Notes under the pieces: generated by a model | Told to the model about the DNA's origin: nothing | Seen by the model: the letters and a program-made list of their open reading frames with translations, nothing else | Database searches by the model: none | Part shown: piece by piece, positions 46,392 to 61,310 of the stretch | Layout of the letters: the number at the start of each line of letters is the position of its first letter | Position numbering within the stretch: the stretch's first letter is position 1 | Position numbers and translations under genes: made by a program | Source: Escherichia coli | GTDB lineage: Bacteria; Pseudomonadota; Gammaproteobacteria; Enterobacterales; Enterobacteriaceae | Reading direction: 5' to 3' (one strand) | Length of the DNA: 64,000 nt | NCBI RefSeq assembly: GCF_024502345.1 | Contig: NZ_JALDNN010000001.1

Positions 46392-46611
46392 TACGTCGCT
46401 GGGAAGTTGTACCTGATGGAATGATCATCATGGTGCACGCCAGGTTTGTTGCACTATCGTGGTGCATTGAAATGCATACTTAAGCATTTTTAATGAAAAA
46501 TAATACGTCTAACGGGGCGGGATATTTTGCCTTGATGGTCAATTTTATGGCACGATAAGTGTAACAAACCTGTAAATATTCCCTATAAAAAGACTGTCAG
46601 TTGAGGACATT

Positions 46612-47394
46612 ATGAAAAAACTGGTGCTATCGCTCTCTCTGGTTCTGGCCTTCTCCAGCGCAACTGCGGCGTTTGCTGCGATTCCGCAAAACATCCGCAT
46701 CGGTACCGACCCGACCTATGCGCCATTTGAATCAAAAAATTCACAAGGCGAACTGGTTGGCTTCGATATCGATCTGGCAAAGGAATTATGCAAACGCATC
46801 AATACGCAATGTACGTTTGTCGAAAATCCGCTGGATGCGTTAATCCCGTCCTTAAAAGCGAAGAAGATTGACGCCATCATGTCATCGCTTTCCATTACGG
46901 AAAAACGTCAGCAAGAAATAGCCTTCACCGACAAACTGTACGCTGCCGATTCTCGTTTGGTGGTGGCGAAAAATTCTGACATTCAGCCGACAGTCGAGTC
47001 GCTGAAAGGCAAACGGGTAGGCGTATTGCAGGGCACCACCCAGGAGACGTTCGGTAATGAACATTGGGCACCAAAAGGCATTGAAATCGTCTCGTATCAG
47101 GGGCAGGACAACATTTATTCTGACCTGACTGCCGGACGTATTGATGCCGCGTTCCAGGATGAGGTCGCTGCCAGCGAAGGTTTCCTCAAACAACCTGTCG
47201 GTAAAGATTACAAATTCGGTGGCCCGTCTGTTAAAGATGAAAAACTGTTTGGCGTAGGGACCGGCATGGGCCTGCGTAAAGAAGATAACGAACTGCGCGA
47301 AGCACTGAACAAAGCCTTTGCCGAAATGCGCGCTGACGGTACTTACGAGAAATTAGCGAAAAAGTACTTCGATTTTGATGTTTATGGTGGCTAA
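46612..47394 (+). CDS. hisJ: Histidine periplasmic binding protein
   Basis: 260 aa, signal peptide; roughly 70% identical to argT by eye. Confidence 0.9.
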   Translation: MKKLVLSLSLVLAFSSATAAFAAIPQNIRIGTDPTYAPFESKNSQGELVGFDIDLAKELCKRINTQCTFVENPLDALIPSLKAKKIDAIMSSLSITEKRQQEIAFTDKLYAADSRLVVAKNSDIQPTVESLKGKRVGVLQGTTQETFGNEHWAPKGIEIVSYQGQDNIYSDLTAGRIDAAFQDEVAASEGFLKQPVGKDYKFGGPSVKDEKLFGVGTGMGLRKEDNELREALNKAFAEMRADGTYEKLAKKYFDFDVYGG

Positions 47395-47483
47395 TCGCCA
47401 TCGGTGAAAGAAAGCCCGCTCCCTTCGGGTAACCGGAGGGAGACAAGAGGCGGTAATTCACCACACACGACAGGACAGGCAGC

Positions 47484-48170
47484 ATGTTGTATGGGTTTTC
47501 AGGTGTTATTTTACAGGGTGCGCTCGTCACGCTGGAGCTGGCTATCAGCTCTGTAGTGCTCGCTGTAATCATCGGTTTAATTGGCGCTGGCGGTAAGCTC
47601 TCGCAAAATCGGCTTTCGGGGCTGATTTTCGAAGGGTACACCACGCTGATTCGTGGCGTGCCGGACTTAGTGTTGATGCTGCTGATTTTCTACGGTTTGC
47701 AGATTGCGCTAAACACGGTGACGGAGGCGATGGGCGTCGGGCAGATTGATATCGATCCGATGGTCGCTGGTATTATCACTCTCGGTTTTATCTACGGTGC
47801 TTATTTTACCGAAACGTTCCGTGGTGCTTTTATGGCAGTGCCGAAAGGACATATAGAGGCGGCGACGGCGTTCGGTTTTACTCGTGGGCAAGTGTTTCGG
47901 CGGATCATGTTTCCGGCGATGATGCGTTACGCCCTGCCAGGCATTGGCAACAACTGGCAGGTGATCCTCAAATCTACCGCACTGGTTTCGTTACTCGGCC
48001 TGGAAGATGTGGTCAAAGCCACCCAACTGGCAGGCAAAAGTACCTGGGAACCGTTCTATTTCGCCATCGTCTGTGGCGTGATTTACCTGGTTTTCACCAC
48101 TGTTTCCAATGGTGTGCTGCTGTTCCTTGAGCGCCGCTACTCCGTGGGTGTGAAGAGGGCTGACCTGTGA
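47484..48170 (+). CDS. hisQ: Histidine ABC transporter permease
   Basis: 228-aa permease. Confidence 0.9.
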   Translation: MLYGFSGVILQGALVTLELAISSVVLAVIIGLIGAGGKLSQNRLSGLIFEGYTTLIRGVPDLVLMLLIFYGLQIALNTVTEAMGVGQIDIDPMVAGIITLGFIYGAYFTETFRGAFMAVPKGHIEAATAFGFTRGQVFRRIMFPAMMRYALPGIGNNWQVILKSTALVSLLGLEDVVKATQLAGKSTWEPFYFAIVCGVIYLVFTTVSNGVLLFLERRYSVGVKRADL

Positions 48171-48883
48171 TCGAAATCTTACATGAATACTGGAAACCGC
48201 TGCTGTGGACCGACGGTTATCGCTTTACTGGTGTGGCGATCACTCTGTGGCTGCTTATTTTGTCGGTAGTGATAGGCGGAGTCCTGGCGCTGTTTCTGGC
48301 GATTGGTCGTGTCTCCAGTAATAAATACATCCAGTTTCCAATCTGGTTATTTACCTATATTTTTCGCGGTACGCCGCTGTATGTTCAGTTGCTGGTGTTC
48401 TATTCCGGCATGTACACGCTTGAGATTGTTAAGGGAACCGAATTCCTTAACGCTTTCTTCCGCAGTGGCCTGAACTGTACCGTGCTGGCGCTGACGCTTA
48501 ACACCTGCGCTTACACTACCGAGATTTTTGCTGGGGCAATCCGTTCGGTTCCGCATGGGGAAATTGAAGCCGCCAGAGCCTATGGCTTCTCGACTTTTAA
48601 AATGTATCGTTGCATTATTTTGCCTTCTGCGCTGCGTATTGCGTTACCGGCATACAGCAACGAAGTGATCCTGATGCTGCACTCTACTGCGCTGGCGTTT
48701 ACGGCCACTGTGCCGGATCTGCTGAAAATAGCCCGCGATATTAACGCCGCCACGTATCAACCTTTTACCGCCTTCGGCATTGCCGCGGTGCTCTATTTAA
48801 TCATCTCTTATGTCCTGATCAGCCTCTTTCGCAGAGCGGAAAAACGCTGGTTGCAGCATGTGAAACCTTCTTCAACGCACTGA
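48167..48883 (+). CDS. hisM: Histidine ABC transporter permease
   Basis: 238-aa permease; 4-bp overlap with hisQ. Confidence 0.9.
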   Translation: MIEILHEYWKPLLWTDGYRFTGVAITLWLLILSVVIGGVLALFLAIGRVSSNKYIQFPIWLFTYIFRGTPLYVQLLVFYSGMYTLEIVKGTEFLNAFFRSGLNCTVLALTLNTCAYTTEIFAGAIRSVPHGEIEAARAYGFSTFKMYRCIILPSALRIALPAYSNEVILMLHSTALAFTATVPDLLKIARDINAATYQPFTAFGIAAVLYLIISYVLISLFRRAEKRWLQHVKPSSTH

Positions 48884-48890
48884 GAATACG

Positions 48891-49664
48891 ATGTCCGAGA
48901 ATAAATTAAACGTTATCGATTTGCACAAACGCTACGGCGAACACGAAGTGCTGAAAGGGGTCTCACTACAAGCGAATGCCGGAGATGTAATAAGCATCAT
49001 CGGATCGTCGGGCTCGGGAAAAAGTACCTTTCTGCGCTGCATTAACTTCCTCGAAAAACCGAGCGAAGGATCGATCGTGGTCAATGGCCAGACGATCAAT
49101 CTGGTGCGCGACAAAGACGGTCAACTCAAAGTCGCCGATAAAAATCAACTGCGCTTACTGCGCACACGCCTGACGATGGTATTCCAGCACTTCAATCTCT
49201 GGAGCCATATGACGGTGCTGGAAAACGTCATGGAAGCGCCGATTCAGGTGTTGGGCCTGAGCAAGCAGGAAGCGCGCGAGCGGGCGGTGAAGTATCTGGC
49301 AAAAGTCGGGATAGACGAACGTGCACAGGGGAAATATCCGGTGCATCTTTCCGGCGGTCAGCAACAGCGTGTTTCTATCGCGCGGGCGCTGGCGATGGAA
49401 CCGGAAGTTTTACTGTTTGATGAACCTACCTCGGCGCTCGATCCTGAACTGGTAGGCGAAGTGCTGCGCATTATGCAGCAGCTGGCGGAAGAGGGAAAAA
49501 CCATGGTGGTAGTGACTCACGAAATGGGCTTTGCTCGTCATGTTTCTACTCACGTCATTTTCCTCCATCAGGGGAAAATAGAGGAAGAAGGCGCGCCGGA
49601 GCAGTTATTTGGCAACCCGCAAAGCCCTCGTCTGCAACAGTTCCTTAAAGGTTCGCTGAAATAA
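48891..49664 (+). CDS. hisP: Histidine ABC transporter ATP-binding protein
   Basis: Walker A (GSSGSGKST), ABC signature (LSGGQQQR), Walker B ([11 protein letters not shown]). Confidence 0.9.
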   Translation: MSENKLNVIDLHKRYGEHEVLKGVSLQANAGDVISIIGSSGSGKSTFLRCINFLEKPSEGSIVVNGQTINLVRDKDGQLKVADKNQLRLLRTRLTMVFQHFNLWSHMTVLENVMEAPIQVLGLSKQEARERAVKYLAKVGIDERAQGKYPVHLSGGQQQRVSIARALAMEPEVLLFDEPTSALDPELVGEVLRIMQQLAEEGKTMVVVTHEMGFARHVSTHVIFLHQGKIEEEGAPEQLFGNPQSPRLQQFLKGSLK

Positions 49665-49668
49665 TTGC

Positions 49669-49700
49669 CTCTCCGGTGGCTAACGCCGCCGGAGTATTTT
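49669..49700 (+). terminator. Rho-independent terminator after hisP
   Basis: CTCCGGTGGC-taac-GCCGCCGGAG followed by TATTTT. Confidence 0.6.
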
Positions 49701-49860
49701 CAAGGGGAATTTGCGAGTCAGCTTCCGCTGAAATGTAAAAGTTGCAGTCCGCTAAAAATAGTTCTGAATTCGCTGTCCAAAGATAAAAACTGCCTGCTGC
49801 ATTGGGTGTTAATCGTGGTTATTGTCGCGTCATCTTAAATTTGAGGGGTGACGGAACGCC

Positions 49861-50751
49861 ATGACAATATCGACAACTTCCACGCCGCATGATGCGGTAT
49901 TTAAATCTTTTTTACGCCATCCAGACACCGCGCGGGATTTTATTGATATTCATCTTCCCGCGCCGCTGCGCAAACTGTGTGATTTAACGACGCTTAAACT
50001 GGAACCAAACAGTTTTATTGATGACGACCTGCGGCAATATTATTCCGACCTCTTGTGGTCTGTGAAAACGCAGGAGGGAGTGGGTTATATTTATGTAGTG
50101 ATAGAGCACCAAAGTAAGCCGGAAGAATTAATGGCTTTTCGCATGATGCGTTATTCCATTGCGGCAATGCAAAACCATCTTGATGCGGGCTATAAAGAGC
50201 TTCCATTGGTGATCCCGATGCTGTTTTATCATGGTTGCAGAAGTCCTTATCCTTATTCACTCTGCTGGCTTGATGAATTTGCCGAGCCTGCTATAGCCCG
50301 CAAAATATATTCATCAGCGTTTCCGTTGGTGGATATTACCGTGGTGCCGGATGACGAGATTATGCAACACCGCAAAATGGCGCTGTTGGAGTTAATTCAG
50401 AAACATATTCGTCAGCGCGATCTGTTGGGATTAGTCGACCAAATTGTTTCGCTGCTAGTTACAGGGAACACTAATGACAGACAGCTAAAAGCCCTGTTTA
50501 ATTACGTATTACAAACAGGGGATGCCCAGCGTTTTCGTGCATTTATTGGTGAGATAGCGGAACGCGCACCACAAGAAAAGGAGAAACTGATGACCATTGC
50601 TGACAGATTACGTGAAGAAGGCGCAATGCAGGGCAAACACGAAGAAGCCCTGCGTATTGCTCAGGAGATGCTGGATAGAGGTTTAGACAGAGAGTTAGTT
50701 ATGATGGTGACCCGACTTTCACCAGACGATCTTATCGCGCAAAGCCACTAA
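49861..50751 (+). CDS. rpnB: Rpn-family recombination-promoting nuclease (PD-(D/E)XK, transposase_31-like)
   Basis: 296 aa; N-terminal [11 protein letters not shown]… typical of Rpn/YhgA-like proteins; K-12 yfcI position. Confidence 0.85.
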   Translation: MTISTTSTPHDAVFKSFLRHPDTARDFIDIHLPAPLRKLCDLTTLKLEPNSFIDDDLRQYYSDLLWSVKTQEGVGYIYVVIEHQSKPEELMAFRMMRYSIAAMQNHLDAGYKELPLVIPMLFYHGCRSPYPYSLCWLDEFAEPAIARKIYSSAFPLVDITVVPDDEIMQHRKMALLELIQKHIRQRDLLGLVDQIVSLLVTGNTNDRQLKALFNYVLQTGDAQRFRAFIGEIAERAPQEKEKLMTIADRLREEGAMQGKHEEALRIAQEMLDRGLDRELVMMVTRLSPDDLIAQSH

Positions 50752-50798
50752 TCCTGTAACACCGGGAGTTAACTGGCGGATGTTTGCTGTAAACCACA

Positions 50799-51692
50799 TC
50801 AGCGAACGACATCCGCCAGCGCCTCTTCTAAATCGTACCAGCGAAACGCAAAACCCGCTTCTTCCAGCCGTTTAGGCAGCGCGCGTTGTCCACCTAATAC
50901 CAGTACTGAAGATTCGCCCATTAACAGTCGAATGGCGGTCGCGGGGACGCGCAAAATGGCCGGGCGATGCAGCGCATGACCGAGCGCATGGGCAAATTGT
51001 TCATTGCGTACCGGGTAGGGCGAAACCATATTAAATGGCCCGCGCAGCTCGTTATCCAGCAGCCAGAGAATACCGTTGACCATATCATCAATATGAATCC
51101 AGGCCAGATACTGCCGACCAGAGCCAATCGGCCCGCCCAGGCCAAGACGAAACGGCGGCAGCATTTTACCGAGAATACCGCCATCCGGTGCCAGCACTAC
51201 ACCGGTACGCAGCAGGCACACTCGCGTTTTGTCACTTTGCGCCCGGCAGGCAATTTCTTCCCAGCGGGCGCAGAGTTTATGGGTAAATTCGTTATGCGGC
51301 GGTTCCTCTTCGGTAACCACCACTTCACCTAAGTCGCCATAATAGCCCGTTGCCGAGCCGGAAATGAGTACCGACGGTGGCGTGTCGCTGGCATTAATCA
51401 AATCGACCAGTTTTTGCGTGATATTCCAGCGGCTTTGGCAGAGACGCTCTTTTTGCTCGTGAGTCCAGCGTTTATCAGCAATCGGTTCTCCGGCCAGGTT
51501 GATTACCGCATCAACGCCGTTGAGGTTGCTTTGATCGGCAAGCCCTTGCCATAGTGTCACCCGAGGGCCGAGAACGGAACTGGCTTTCTGCGGGTTACGC
51601 GTCACTACCGTGATTTGATGGCCCAACTCCAGCAAACGCGGGATTAAATGGCGACCAATTAATCCTGTCCCTCCGGTGATCACTATATTCAT
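50799..51692 (-). CDS. yfcH: NAD-dependent epimerase/dehydratase-family protein
   Basis: [16 protein letters not shown]… Rossmann motif; 297 aa. Confidence 0.85.
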
Positions 51693-51712
51693 GCAGCCTC
51701 CCGATATGGCGG

Positions 51713-52075
51713 TTAACGCTGCCAGCTCAAGGTCATGGATACCGAATCGGCGTAGCGCAGCGCGTGTAGTTTATCGATCTCCACTTCAGCATACGTCACC
51801 CAGTGATGTTCACGTGCGATATCGAGCACATCCTGAGTTAATTTTTCCAGCAAAGAGAAACGGTTATTCTCTACATGCTGAATAATGTTTTTCGTTACGG
51901 TGCGATAATTCAGCGCATCGTTGATATCTTCGCTAGTGCGCGCTTTATCGGCGGGGTAGTGGATCGTCACATTGATAACAATATCCTGACGGTTGTTAAT
52001 TTCTTCTTCCTTAATTCCGATAAACGTACGCAAACGAAGGTTCTTTATACGAATAATAGCGGCAGGTTGTGCCAT
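51713..52075 (-). CDS. folX: Dihydroneopterin triphosphate 2'-epimerase
   Basis: 120 aa ([25 protein letters not shown]…). Confidence 0.9.
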
Positions 52076-52131
52076 TGCAGGTTCTCCGTTGTTTTACTTA
52101 GGATGAAATAATACACGAGAACCTGTTTCTG

Positions 52132-53608
<1,477 letters not shown>

Positions 53609-53611
53609 TGA

Positions 53612-54166
53612 GTGATGAAACTGATGTTTGCATCGGACATTCATGGGTCGTTACCGGCGACGGAACGTGTTCTGGAGTTGTTTGCCCAAAGCGGTGCCCA
53701 GTGGCTGGTGATCCTTGGCGACGTGTTGAATCACGGCCCGCGTAATGCTTTACCGGAGGGTTACGCGCCAGCCAAAGTCGCTGAACGGCTTAATGAAGTG
53801 GCACATAAGGTTATCGCTGTGCGCGGCAACTGCGACAGCGAAGTGGATCAAATGCTGCTGCATTTCCCGATAACCGCGCCGTGGCAACAGGTATTACTGG
53901 AAAAACAACGTCTGTTTTTGACGCATGGTCATCTTTTTGGCCCGGAAAATCTACCTGCTTTAAACCAGAACGATGTGCTGGTGTACGGTCATACCCATCT
54001 GCCAGTGGCAGAACAGCGGGGGGAGATTTTCCACTTCAACCCCGGCTCGGTGAGTATTCCGAAAGGCGGTAATCCGGCGAGTTATGGCATGCTGGATAAT
54101 GACGTACTTAGTGTAATCGCACTCAATGATCAAAGTATCATTGCGCAGGTCGCGATTAATCCGTAA
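53612..54166 (+). CDS. yfcE: Mn-dependent phosphodiesterase (calcineurin-like)
   Basis: 184 aa metallophosphoesterase motifs (ASDIHGS, GDVLNHGPRN, THGH). Confidence 0.85.
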   Translation: MMKLMFASDIHGSLPATERVLELFAQSGAQWLVILGDVLNHGPRNALPEGYAPAKVAERLNEVAHKVIAVRGNCDSEVDQMLLHFPITAPWQQVLLEKQRLFLTHGHLFGPENLPALNQNDVLVYGHTHLPVAEQRGEIFHFNPGSVSIPKGGNPASYGMLDNDVLSVIALNDQSIIAQVAINP

Positions 54167-54223
54167 TTTACCCACAACTCAAAATGCGCCGTAAGAGCGC
54201 CAGAAAAAGAAGGTTTCCTGATA

Positions 54224-54766
54224 ATGGAACAGCGTCGTTTGGCAAGTACTGAATGGGTGGATATTGTCAATGAAGAGAACGAAGTCATTGCACAAGCCAG
54301 CCGGGAACAAATGCGGGCACAGTGTCTGCGTCATCGTGCAACTTACATCGTCGTGCATGATGGCATGGGCAAAATTCTGGTCCAGCGTCGTACCGAGACA
54401 AAAGACTTTTTACCCGGCATGTTAGATGCGACCGCAGGCGGTGTGGTTCAGGCCGATGAGCAACTGCTGGAATCCGCGCGTCGCGAAGCGGAAGAAGAGT
54501 TGGGCATTGCCGGTGTCCCCTTTGCCGAGCACGGGCAGTTCTATTTCGAAGATAAAAATTGCCGTGTCTGGGGCGCGTTGTTCAGCTGCGTCTCTCACGG
54601 TCCCTTCGCCCTACAGGAAGATGAAGTCAGTGAAGTTTGCTGGCTGACGCCGGAAGAAATCACCGCACGCTGCGATGAGTTCACTCCAGACTCGCTGAAA
54701 GCGCTGGCGTTGTGGATGAAGCGCAATGCCAAAAATGAAGCCGTAGAGACTGAAACGGCAGAATGA
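54224..54766 (+). CDS. yfcD: Nudix hydrolase
   Basis: 180 aa; Nudix box (REAEEELGI). Confidence 0.8.
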
Positions 54767-54800
54767 AAAAAGAGCCGCAATTGCGGCTCTTAACATTTTT
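54766..54800. terminator. Bidirectional rho-independent terminator between convergent yfcD and yfcC
   Basis: AAAAAA-GAGCCGCAA-TTGCGGCTC-TTAACATTTTT. Confidence 0.55.
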
Positions 54801-56319
54801 AGTGGTAGCCCATCAACTGAGCGCCGATCACTACGACGCTGGACATAATAAACAGCAGTCCAAGTAGGGTCGCGCCCACCTTCAGCCAGTTACGGAAGTC
54901 CACCCTGCACACACCGAGAGTTGCCATTAACGAAGCTGAGGTTGGGTAAATGATGTGACTGAAGCCATCACCAAACTGGAATGCCAGCACGGTAACCTGA
55001 CGGTTAACACCGACCAGATCGCCAAGCGGTGCCAGTAACGGCATGGTTAACGCCGCCTGACCAGAACCGGACGTCACGAAGAAATTAAATACCGCCTGGA
55101 AGAGCAACATAAACCAGGCCGCGACCGCGTTGTCCAGACCGCTAATGGCATTGGCAATGCTGTTGAGGATGGTATTTAACACGCTGGCATCACCCGCTTC
55201 ACCATTACCGACCAGCAGCAAAATCCCTTTGGCGAAACCCACCAGCAGGGCAGGGGCGATCATCATTCGCGCCCCTTCGGTAAAGGATGAAGCCATGGTA
55301 TTAACCGTCATGCCGTTAAGGCGGAAAACAACGCCGATGATGCCAATCACCAGACCCATGGTGAAGAACTGGCTGGCAATTTCTGGAATAAACCAGGCAT
55401 TAACGATCACGCCCCAAATCACCCAGACCATTACGGCGGTCAGGACAATCAATACCAGCCAGTCACCAAAGGTAAACGGACGTTGTTCAACATCCGCCTG
55501 CTTTTCACGAAAGAAGCGGTCGGACTCATGCACGCGTGACAGAAGAGGATTCTTTTTCACTCGTGAGGCGTACACCATGGTAAAGATCAGGCCAATCATA
55601 GTGGCGATAACCCACACCACGATGCGCAACCCGGAGCCAGAAAGCACCGGAACGCCGGCAATCCCCTGAGCAACGACCACACAAAACGGGTTCATCCACG
55701 AACTGGCAAAACCGATTTGCGTGGCAATATAGGTCACCAGGACGGTGGTAATACTGTCATAGCCCAGCCGGACCATTAGCGGTGCGATGATAATGGCAAA
55801 GGCGACGGCCTCTTCTCCCATACCAAATACCGCGCCGCCAAGTGAAAACAGAATAAACAGCGCAGGAATAAAGAGAATTTCATTCCCGCGGGTATGGCGA
55901 ATAAGCGCCAGGATACCGTTATCAATGGTTCCTGTACGCATCACAATGCCAAACGCGCCGCCAATCACCAGCATAAACATGATGATGCCAACAGCTGTCC
56001 CGTATTTCGATCCTGAGGTTAACCCTTCAAACGGGAAGTTCATCAGGCCCGGGCGTTCATCGCCCGTCGTGAACAGCTGTACGCGGTGATACTCAGGTTC
56101 GCCTGCTTCGTTAGTCAGAATGCGAAATGAGTGTGGATCTACGACTTTGCGTGTTTTTGTTTGACCATCAACCTGATACTGCACTTCCTGACTGTCAAAC
56201 ATCCCCACCGGAACTACCCAGGTGGCAAGGCTGGTTAAAATAGCAACAAAAAAGATAATCACCAACGTATCGGGCATTGCCCATCTTCTGGTTGGTTTAG
56301 ATTCAGTGATTGCGGACAT
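54799..56319 (-). CDS. yfcC: Inner-membrane transporter-like protein (YfcC/C4-dicarboxylate anaerobic carrier family)
   Basis: Polytopic membrane protein; start taken at MSAITESKPTRRW (506 aa); the ORF extends to 56340. Confidence 0.85.
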   Translation of the reverse strand: MSAITESKPTRRWAMPDTLVIIFFVAILTSLATWVVPVGMFDSQEVQYQVDGQTKTRKVVDPHSFRILTNEAGEPEYHRVQLFTTGDERPGLMNFPFEGLTSGSKYGTAVGIIMFMLVIGGAFGIVMRTGTIDNGILALIRHTRGNEILFIPALFILFSLGGAVFGMGEEAVAFAIIIAPLMVRLGYDSITTVLVTYIATQIGFASSWMNPFCVVVAQGIAGVPVLSGSGLRIVVWVIATMIGLIFTMVYASRVKKNPLLSRVHESDRFFREKQADVEQRPFTFGDWLVLIVLTAVMVWVIWGVIVNAWFIPEIASQFFTMGLVIGIIGVVFRLNGMTVNTMASSFTEGARMMIAPALLVGFAKGILLLVGNGEAGDASVLNTILNSIANAISGLDNAVAAWFMLLFQAVFNFFVTSGSGQAALTMPLLAPLGDLVGVNRQVTVLAFQFGDGFSHIIYPTSASLMATLGVCRVDFRNWLKVGATLLGLLFIMSSVVVIGAQLMGYH

Positions 56320-56435
56320 AGCGCAAATATTCCCTTGCACAAAACAAAGTGGTAAGTATGCAAAGTGAGATGGCGCAATTCATTGATGCAGCGCAGTTAA
56401 GCAAGATAATCAGAAAGGATTAATGCAGATTAAGA

Positions 56436-56470
56436 GAATAAAAAACCGGAAATAGTGATTATTTCCGGTT
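56436..56470 (-). terminator. Rho-independent terminator downstream of pta
   Basis: AACCGGAAAT-agtgatt-ATTTCCGGTT with a U-tract on the minus-strand side. Confidence 0.5.
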
Positions 56471-56508
56471 CAGATATCCGCAGCGCAAAGCTGCGGATGA
56501 TGACGAGA

Positions 56509-58653
56509 TTACTGCTGCTGTGCAGACTGAATCGCAGTCAGCGCGATGGTGTAGACGATATCGTCAACCAGTGCGCCACGGGACAGGTCGTTAACCGGCT
56601 TGCGCATACCCTGCAGCATCGGCCCGATGGAGATCAGGTCGGCAGAACGCTGTACCGCTTTGTAGGTGGTGTTACCGGTGTTCAGATCCGGGAAGATGAA
56701 CACGGTAGCGCGACCTGCAACCGGAGAGTTCGGCGCTTTGGATTTCGCAACGTCAGCCATTACCGCAGCGTCGTACTGCAGCGGACCGTCGATCATCAGG
56801 TCAGGACGTTTTTCCTGCGCCAGACGAGTTGCTTCGCGAACTTTTTCTACGTCGCTACCTGCACCAGAAGTACCGGTGGAGTAGGAGAGCATAGCAACGC
56901 GCGGTTCGATACCGAAGGCCGCAGCGGAATCAGCGGACTGAATCGCGATTTCTGCCAGCTGTTCAGCGGTCGGATCCGGGTTGATCGCACAGTCACCGTA
57001 AACGTAAACCTGTTCCGGCAGCAGCATGAAGAACACGGAAGATACCAGGGAGCTGCCCGGTGCAGTTTTGATCAGCTGCAGCGCCGGACGGATGGTGTTT
57101 GCGGTAGTGTGAACAGCACCGGAAACCAGACCATCAACTTCATCCTGTTCCAGCATCAGCGTACCGAGCACCACGTTGTCTTCCAGCTGTTCGCGGGCAA
57201 CGGTTTCGGTCATGCCTTTGTTCTTACGCAGTTCGACCAGACGACCAACATAGCTTTCGCGAACCACTTCTGGATCAACGATTTCAATCCCTGCACCCAG
57301 TTCTACACCCTGAGACGCTGCAACACGGTTGATCTCTGCCGGATTACCCAGCAGTACGCAAGTTGCGATACCACGTTCAGCACAGATAGCGGCTGCTTTA
57401 ACGGTACGCGGTTCGTCACCTTCCGGCAGTACGATACGTTTGCCCGCTTTGCGCGCAAGTTCAGTCAGCTGATAACGGAACGCAGGCGGAGACAGACGAC
57501 GGCTGCGCTCAGAAGTGGCAGTCAGAGATTCGATCCAGTCAGCGTTGATGTAGTTAGCAACGTATTCCTGAACTTTCTCGATACGTTCGTGATCGTCAAC
57601 CGGAACTTCCAGGTTGAAGCTCTGCAGGCTCAGAGAGGTCTGCCAGGTGTTGGTGTTCACCATAAATACCGGCAGGCCGGTAGCGAAAGCACGTTCGCAC
57701 AGTTTAGAAATGCGCGCGTCCATTTCGTAGCCGCCAGTCAGCAGCAGGGCACCGATTTCTACGCCGTTCATGGCTGCCAGGCAAGCGGCCACCAGCACGT
57801 CAGGACGGTCTGCGGAAGTCACCAGCAGAGAACCGGCACGGAAGTGCTCCAGCATGTGCGGAATGCTGCGTGCGCAGAAAGTGACGGATTTAACGCGGCG
57901 AGTATTGATGTCGCCTTCGTTGATGATGGTCGCATTCAGGTGGCGAGCCATATCGATCGCACGAGTCGCGATCAGGTCAAAGCTCCACGGCACAGCGCCG
58001 AGAACCGGCAGCGGGCTGGATTCTTGCAGCTTCGCCGGATCAACATTGTTTACTTTAGCTTTGGAAGAGTCGTCGAAAATCTCGGACAGATCCGGGCGAG
58101 TACGACCCTGTTCATCAACCGGTGCGTTCAGTTTGTTAACGATAACGCCGGTGATGTTGGTGTTTTTGGCACCGCCGAAGCTGTTGCGGGTCAGTTCGAT
58201 ACGCTCTTTCAGCTGTTCCGGGGTGTCAGTGCCCTGAGACATAACGAAGACGATTTCCGCATTCAGCGTTTTAGCGATTTCGTAGTTCAGAGACTGGGCA
58301 AACTGGTGCTTACGTGTCGGGACCAGACCTTCAACCAGAACGACTTCAGCGTCTTTGGTGTTAGCGTGGTAGTTTGCGACGATCTCTTCCATCAGCACAT
58401 CTTTCTGATTGCTGGAAAGCAGACCTTCAACGTAGCTCATTTTCAGCGGTTCAGCGGCCGTCGTGGTGGAAGAGTTCGCACGCACGATAGTCGTAGTCTG
58501 ATCGGGCGCATCGCCACCGGTACGCGGCTGAGCGATAGGTTTGAAAACGCTCAGACGAACGCCTTTGCGTTCCATTGCACGGATCACGCCAAGGCTGACG
58601 CTGGTCAGACCGACGCTGGTTCCGGTAGGGATCAGCATAATAATACGGGACAC
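56509..58653 (-). CDS. pta: Phosphate acetyltransferase
   Basis: 714 aa ([43 protein letters not shown]…). Confidence 0.95.
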   Translation of the reverse strand: MSRIIMLIPTGTSVGLTSVSLGVIRAMERKGVRLSVFKPIAQPRTGGDAPDQTTTIVRANSSTTTAAEPLKMSYVEGLLSSNQKDVLMEEIVANYHANTKDAEVVLVEGLVPTRKHQFAQSLNYEIAKTLNAEIVFVMSQGTDTPEQLKERIELTRNSFGGAKNTNITGVIVNKLNAPVDEQGRTRPDLSEIFDDSSKAKVNNVDPAKLQESSPLPVLGAVPWSFDLIATRAIDMARHLNATIINEGDINTRRVKSVTFCARSIPHMLEHFRAGSLLVTSADRPDVLVAACLAAMNGVEIGALLLTGGYEMDARISKLCERAFATGLPVFMVNTNTWQTSLSLQSFNLEVPVDDHERIEKVQEYVANYINADWIESLTATSERSRRLSPPAFRYQLTELARKAGKRIVLPEGDEPRTVKAAAICAERGIATCVLLGNPAEINRVAASQGVELGAGIEIVDPEVVRESYVGRLVELRKNKGMTETVAREQLEDNVVLGTLMLEQDEVDGLVSGAVHTTANTIRPALQLIKTAPGSSLVSSVFFMLLPEQVYVYGDCAINPDPTAEQLAEIAIQSADSAAAFGIEPRVAMLSYSTGTSGAGSDVEKVREATRLAQEKRPDLMIDGPLQYDAAVMADVAKSKAPNSPVAGRATVFIFPDLNTGNTTYKAVQRSADLISIGPMLQGMRKPVNDLSRGALVDDIVYTIALTAIQSAQQQ

Positions 58654-58727
58654 GGTTTATCCTCTTTCGTTACCGCCGATTTGGCGGGTTACAAAACAGC
58701 ACCGCCAGCTGAGCTGGCGGTGTGAAA

Positions 58728-59930
58728 TCAGGCAGTCAGGCGGCTCGCGTCTTGCGCGATAACCAGTTCTTCGTTGGTTGGGATAACCACCGCAGGACGG
58801 GTACCTTCTTTGTTGATGAAACCAGATTTGCCGAAACGTGCAGCCAGGTTGCGTTCATGATCAACTTCAAAGCCCAGCACGCCCAGTTTGCCCAGAGACA
58901 GTTCACGAACCATCGCGGCATTTTCACCGATACCACCAGTGAATACAACAGCGTCCAGACGACCATCCATCAGCGCAGTGTAGGCACCGATGTATTTCGC
59001 CAGGCGGTGGCAGTAAACGTCCATTGCGCGCTTCGCGTCTTCTTTCGTCGCGTAGTTGTCTTCAACATAGCGGCAGTCGCTGGTCACTTCGGTCAGACCC
59101 AGCAGGCCAGACTCTTTGGTCAGCAGTTTGTTGATTGCGTCAACGCTCATGCCCAGGGTGTCGTGCAGGTGGAAGATGATCGCCGGATCGATATCACCAG
59201 AACGGGTACCCATGACCAGACCTTCCAGCGGGGTCAGGCCCATAGAGGTGTCAACGCATTTACCGTTGCGGATAGCAGAAACGGAACCACCGTTGCCCAG
59301 GTGGCAGGTGATGATGTTCAGTTCTTCTACCGGTTTGTTCAGCATTTTTGCCGCTTCCTGGGTTACATAGAAGTGGCTGGTGCCGTGCGCGCCGTAACGA
59401 CGGATGCCGTGCTCTTTGTACAGGTTGTACGGCAGGGCGTAGAGGTAAGACTCTTCCGGCATAGTCTGGTGGAACGCGGTGTCAAATACAGCAACGTTTT
59501 TGTCTTTCAGCTGTGGGAAAGATTTCAGAGCTTCTTCGATACCGATCAGGTGAGCCGGGTTGTGCAGCGGTGCAAAAGAAGCTGCATCTTTGATACCCTG
59601 AATAACAGACTCATCGATCACTACGGAGCTGGTATACTTTTCGCCGCCGTGTACGATACGGTGACCGATAGCAGTCAGCTGCGCAGACAGTTCTGGTTTT
59701 TGTGCCAGAATAGTATTAACGATAAAGTTGAGCGCTTCGCTGTGAGCGGCGCCTGCACCTAAAGCCGCTTCCTGTTTATTGCCGTCCATTTTCCATTTGA
59801 TACGTGCTTCGGGCAGGTGAAAACATTCGGCTAAACCAGAAAGGTACTCTTCACCATTTACTGCATCGATGATGGCAAATTTCAGTGAAGAACTACCGCA
59901 GTTCAGAACCAGTACTAACTTACTCGACAT
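58728..59930 (-). CDS. ackA: Acetate kinase
   Basis: 400 aa ([23 protein letters not shown]…). Confidence 0.95.
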   Translation of the reverse strand: MSSKLVLVLNCGSSSLKFAIIDAVNGEEYLSGLAECFHLPEARIKWKMDGNKQEAALGAGAAHSEALNFIVNTILAQKPELSAQLTAIGHRIVHGGEKYTSSVVIDESVIQGIKDAASFAPLHNPAHLIGIEEALKSFPQLKDKNVAVFDTAFHQTMPEESYLYALPYNLYKEHGIRRYGAHGTSHFYVTQEAAKMLNKPVEELNIITCHLGNGGSVSAIRNGKCVDTSMGLTPLEGLVMGTRSGDIDPAIIFHLHDTLGMSVDAINKLLTKESGLLGLTEVTSDCRYVEDNYATKEDAKRAMDVYCHRLAKYIGAYTALMDGRLDAVVFTGGIGENAAMVRELSLGKLGVLGFEVDHERNLAARFGKSGFINKEGTRPAVVIPTNEELVIAQDASRLTA

Positions 59931-60267
59931 GGAAGTACCTATAATTGATACGTGGCTAAAAAAACGTCAGGGAGCCATAGAGCGTAGCGCATGATGACAC
60001 CGACATTTATGATTAACATCATGCACTGCAAATTTTTTTTGCATGATGGAAGAAATATCTTGAGTCTATGCCATTTTGCGTAATTTTCAGCCAATGGCAT
60101 AATGTATATGAATTTGACGACTCAATGAATATGTACTACTTAGGCCTTCAGGCTGCTAAAGGATACCTGATAGTGGGTATGGAAGACAAAATGTTTTGAA
60201 CGTTGTCCCGCTGAGTTGTGAATTTGCACAAATTTTTGAATCTTTATATGTGAAGTTGAGGTGAAGC

Positions 60268-60723
60268 ATGTCAACGCCGGATAATCGTTCTGTTAATTTT
60301 TTTAGCTTGTTTCGCCGGGGACAGCATTACTCAAAGACGTGGCCGCTGGAAAAACGCCTTGCCCCGGTCTTTGTCGAAAATCGCGTTATCAAGATGACGC
60401 GTTATGCGATCCGTTTTATGCCGCCGATCGCCGTATTTACTCTCTGCTGGCAGATTGCCCTGGGCGGTCAGCTTGGGCCGGCAGTTGCCACTGCGCTGTT
60501 CGCCTTAAGTTTACCCATGCAGGGATTATGGTGGCTGGGCAAGCGTTCTGTAACGCCATTACCCCCTGCTATCCTCAACTGGTTTTATGAAGTTCGCGGT
60601 AAATTGCAGGAGTCTGGACAGGTGTTGGCACCCGTTGAAGGCAAGCCTGATTACCAGGCATTAGCTGACACGCTTAAGCGCGCCTTCAAACAACTGGATA
60701 AAACTTTCCTTGATGATTTGTAA
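60268..60723 (+). CDS. yfbV: UPF0208-family inner-membrane protein
   Basis: 151-aa ORF divergent from ackA. Confidence 0.85.
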
Positions 60724-60727
60724 TTGA

Positions 60728-61300
<573 letters not shown>

Positions 61301-61310
61301 GGAGGCCCGC

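Noticed and set aside
47395-47483. Possible terminator or REP-like hairpin in the hisJ-hisQ intergenic region
   Set aside because: The stem (CTCCCTTCGGG…CCGGAGGGAG) is imperfect and lacks a U-tract, so I could not support it as a terminator from sequence alone.
56455-58725. 756-aa ORF on the + strand fully antisense to pta
   Set aside because: It lies entirely opposite the highly conserved pta gene, has a low-complexity Arg/Val/Gln-rich translation, and no RBS context; it is an artefact of codon bias in a GC-rich gene.
58722-59762. 346-aa ORF antisense to ackA
   Set aside because: Same reasoning: it sits opposite a conserved housekeeping gene and has no independent support.
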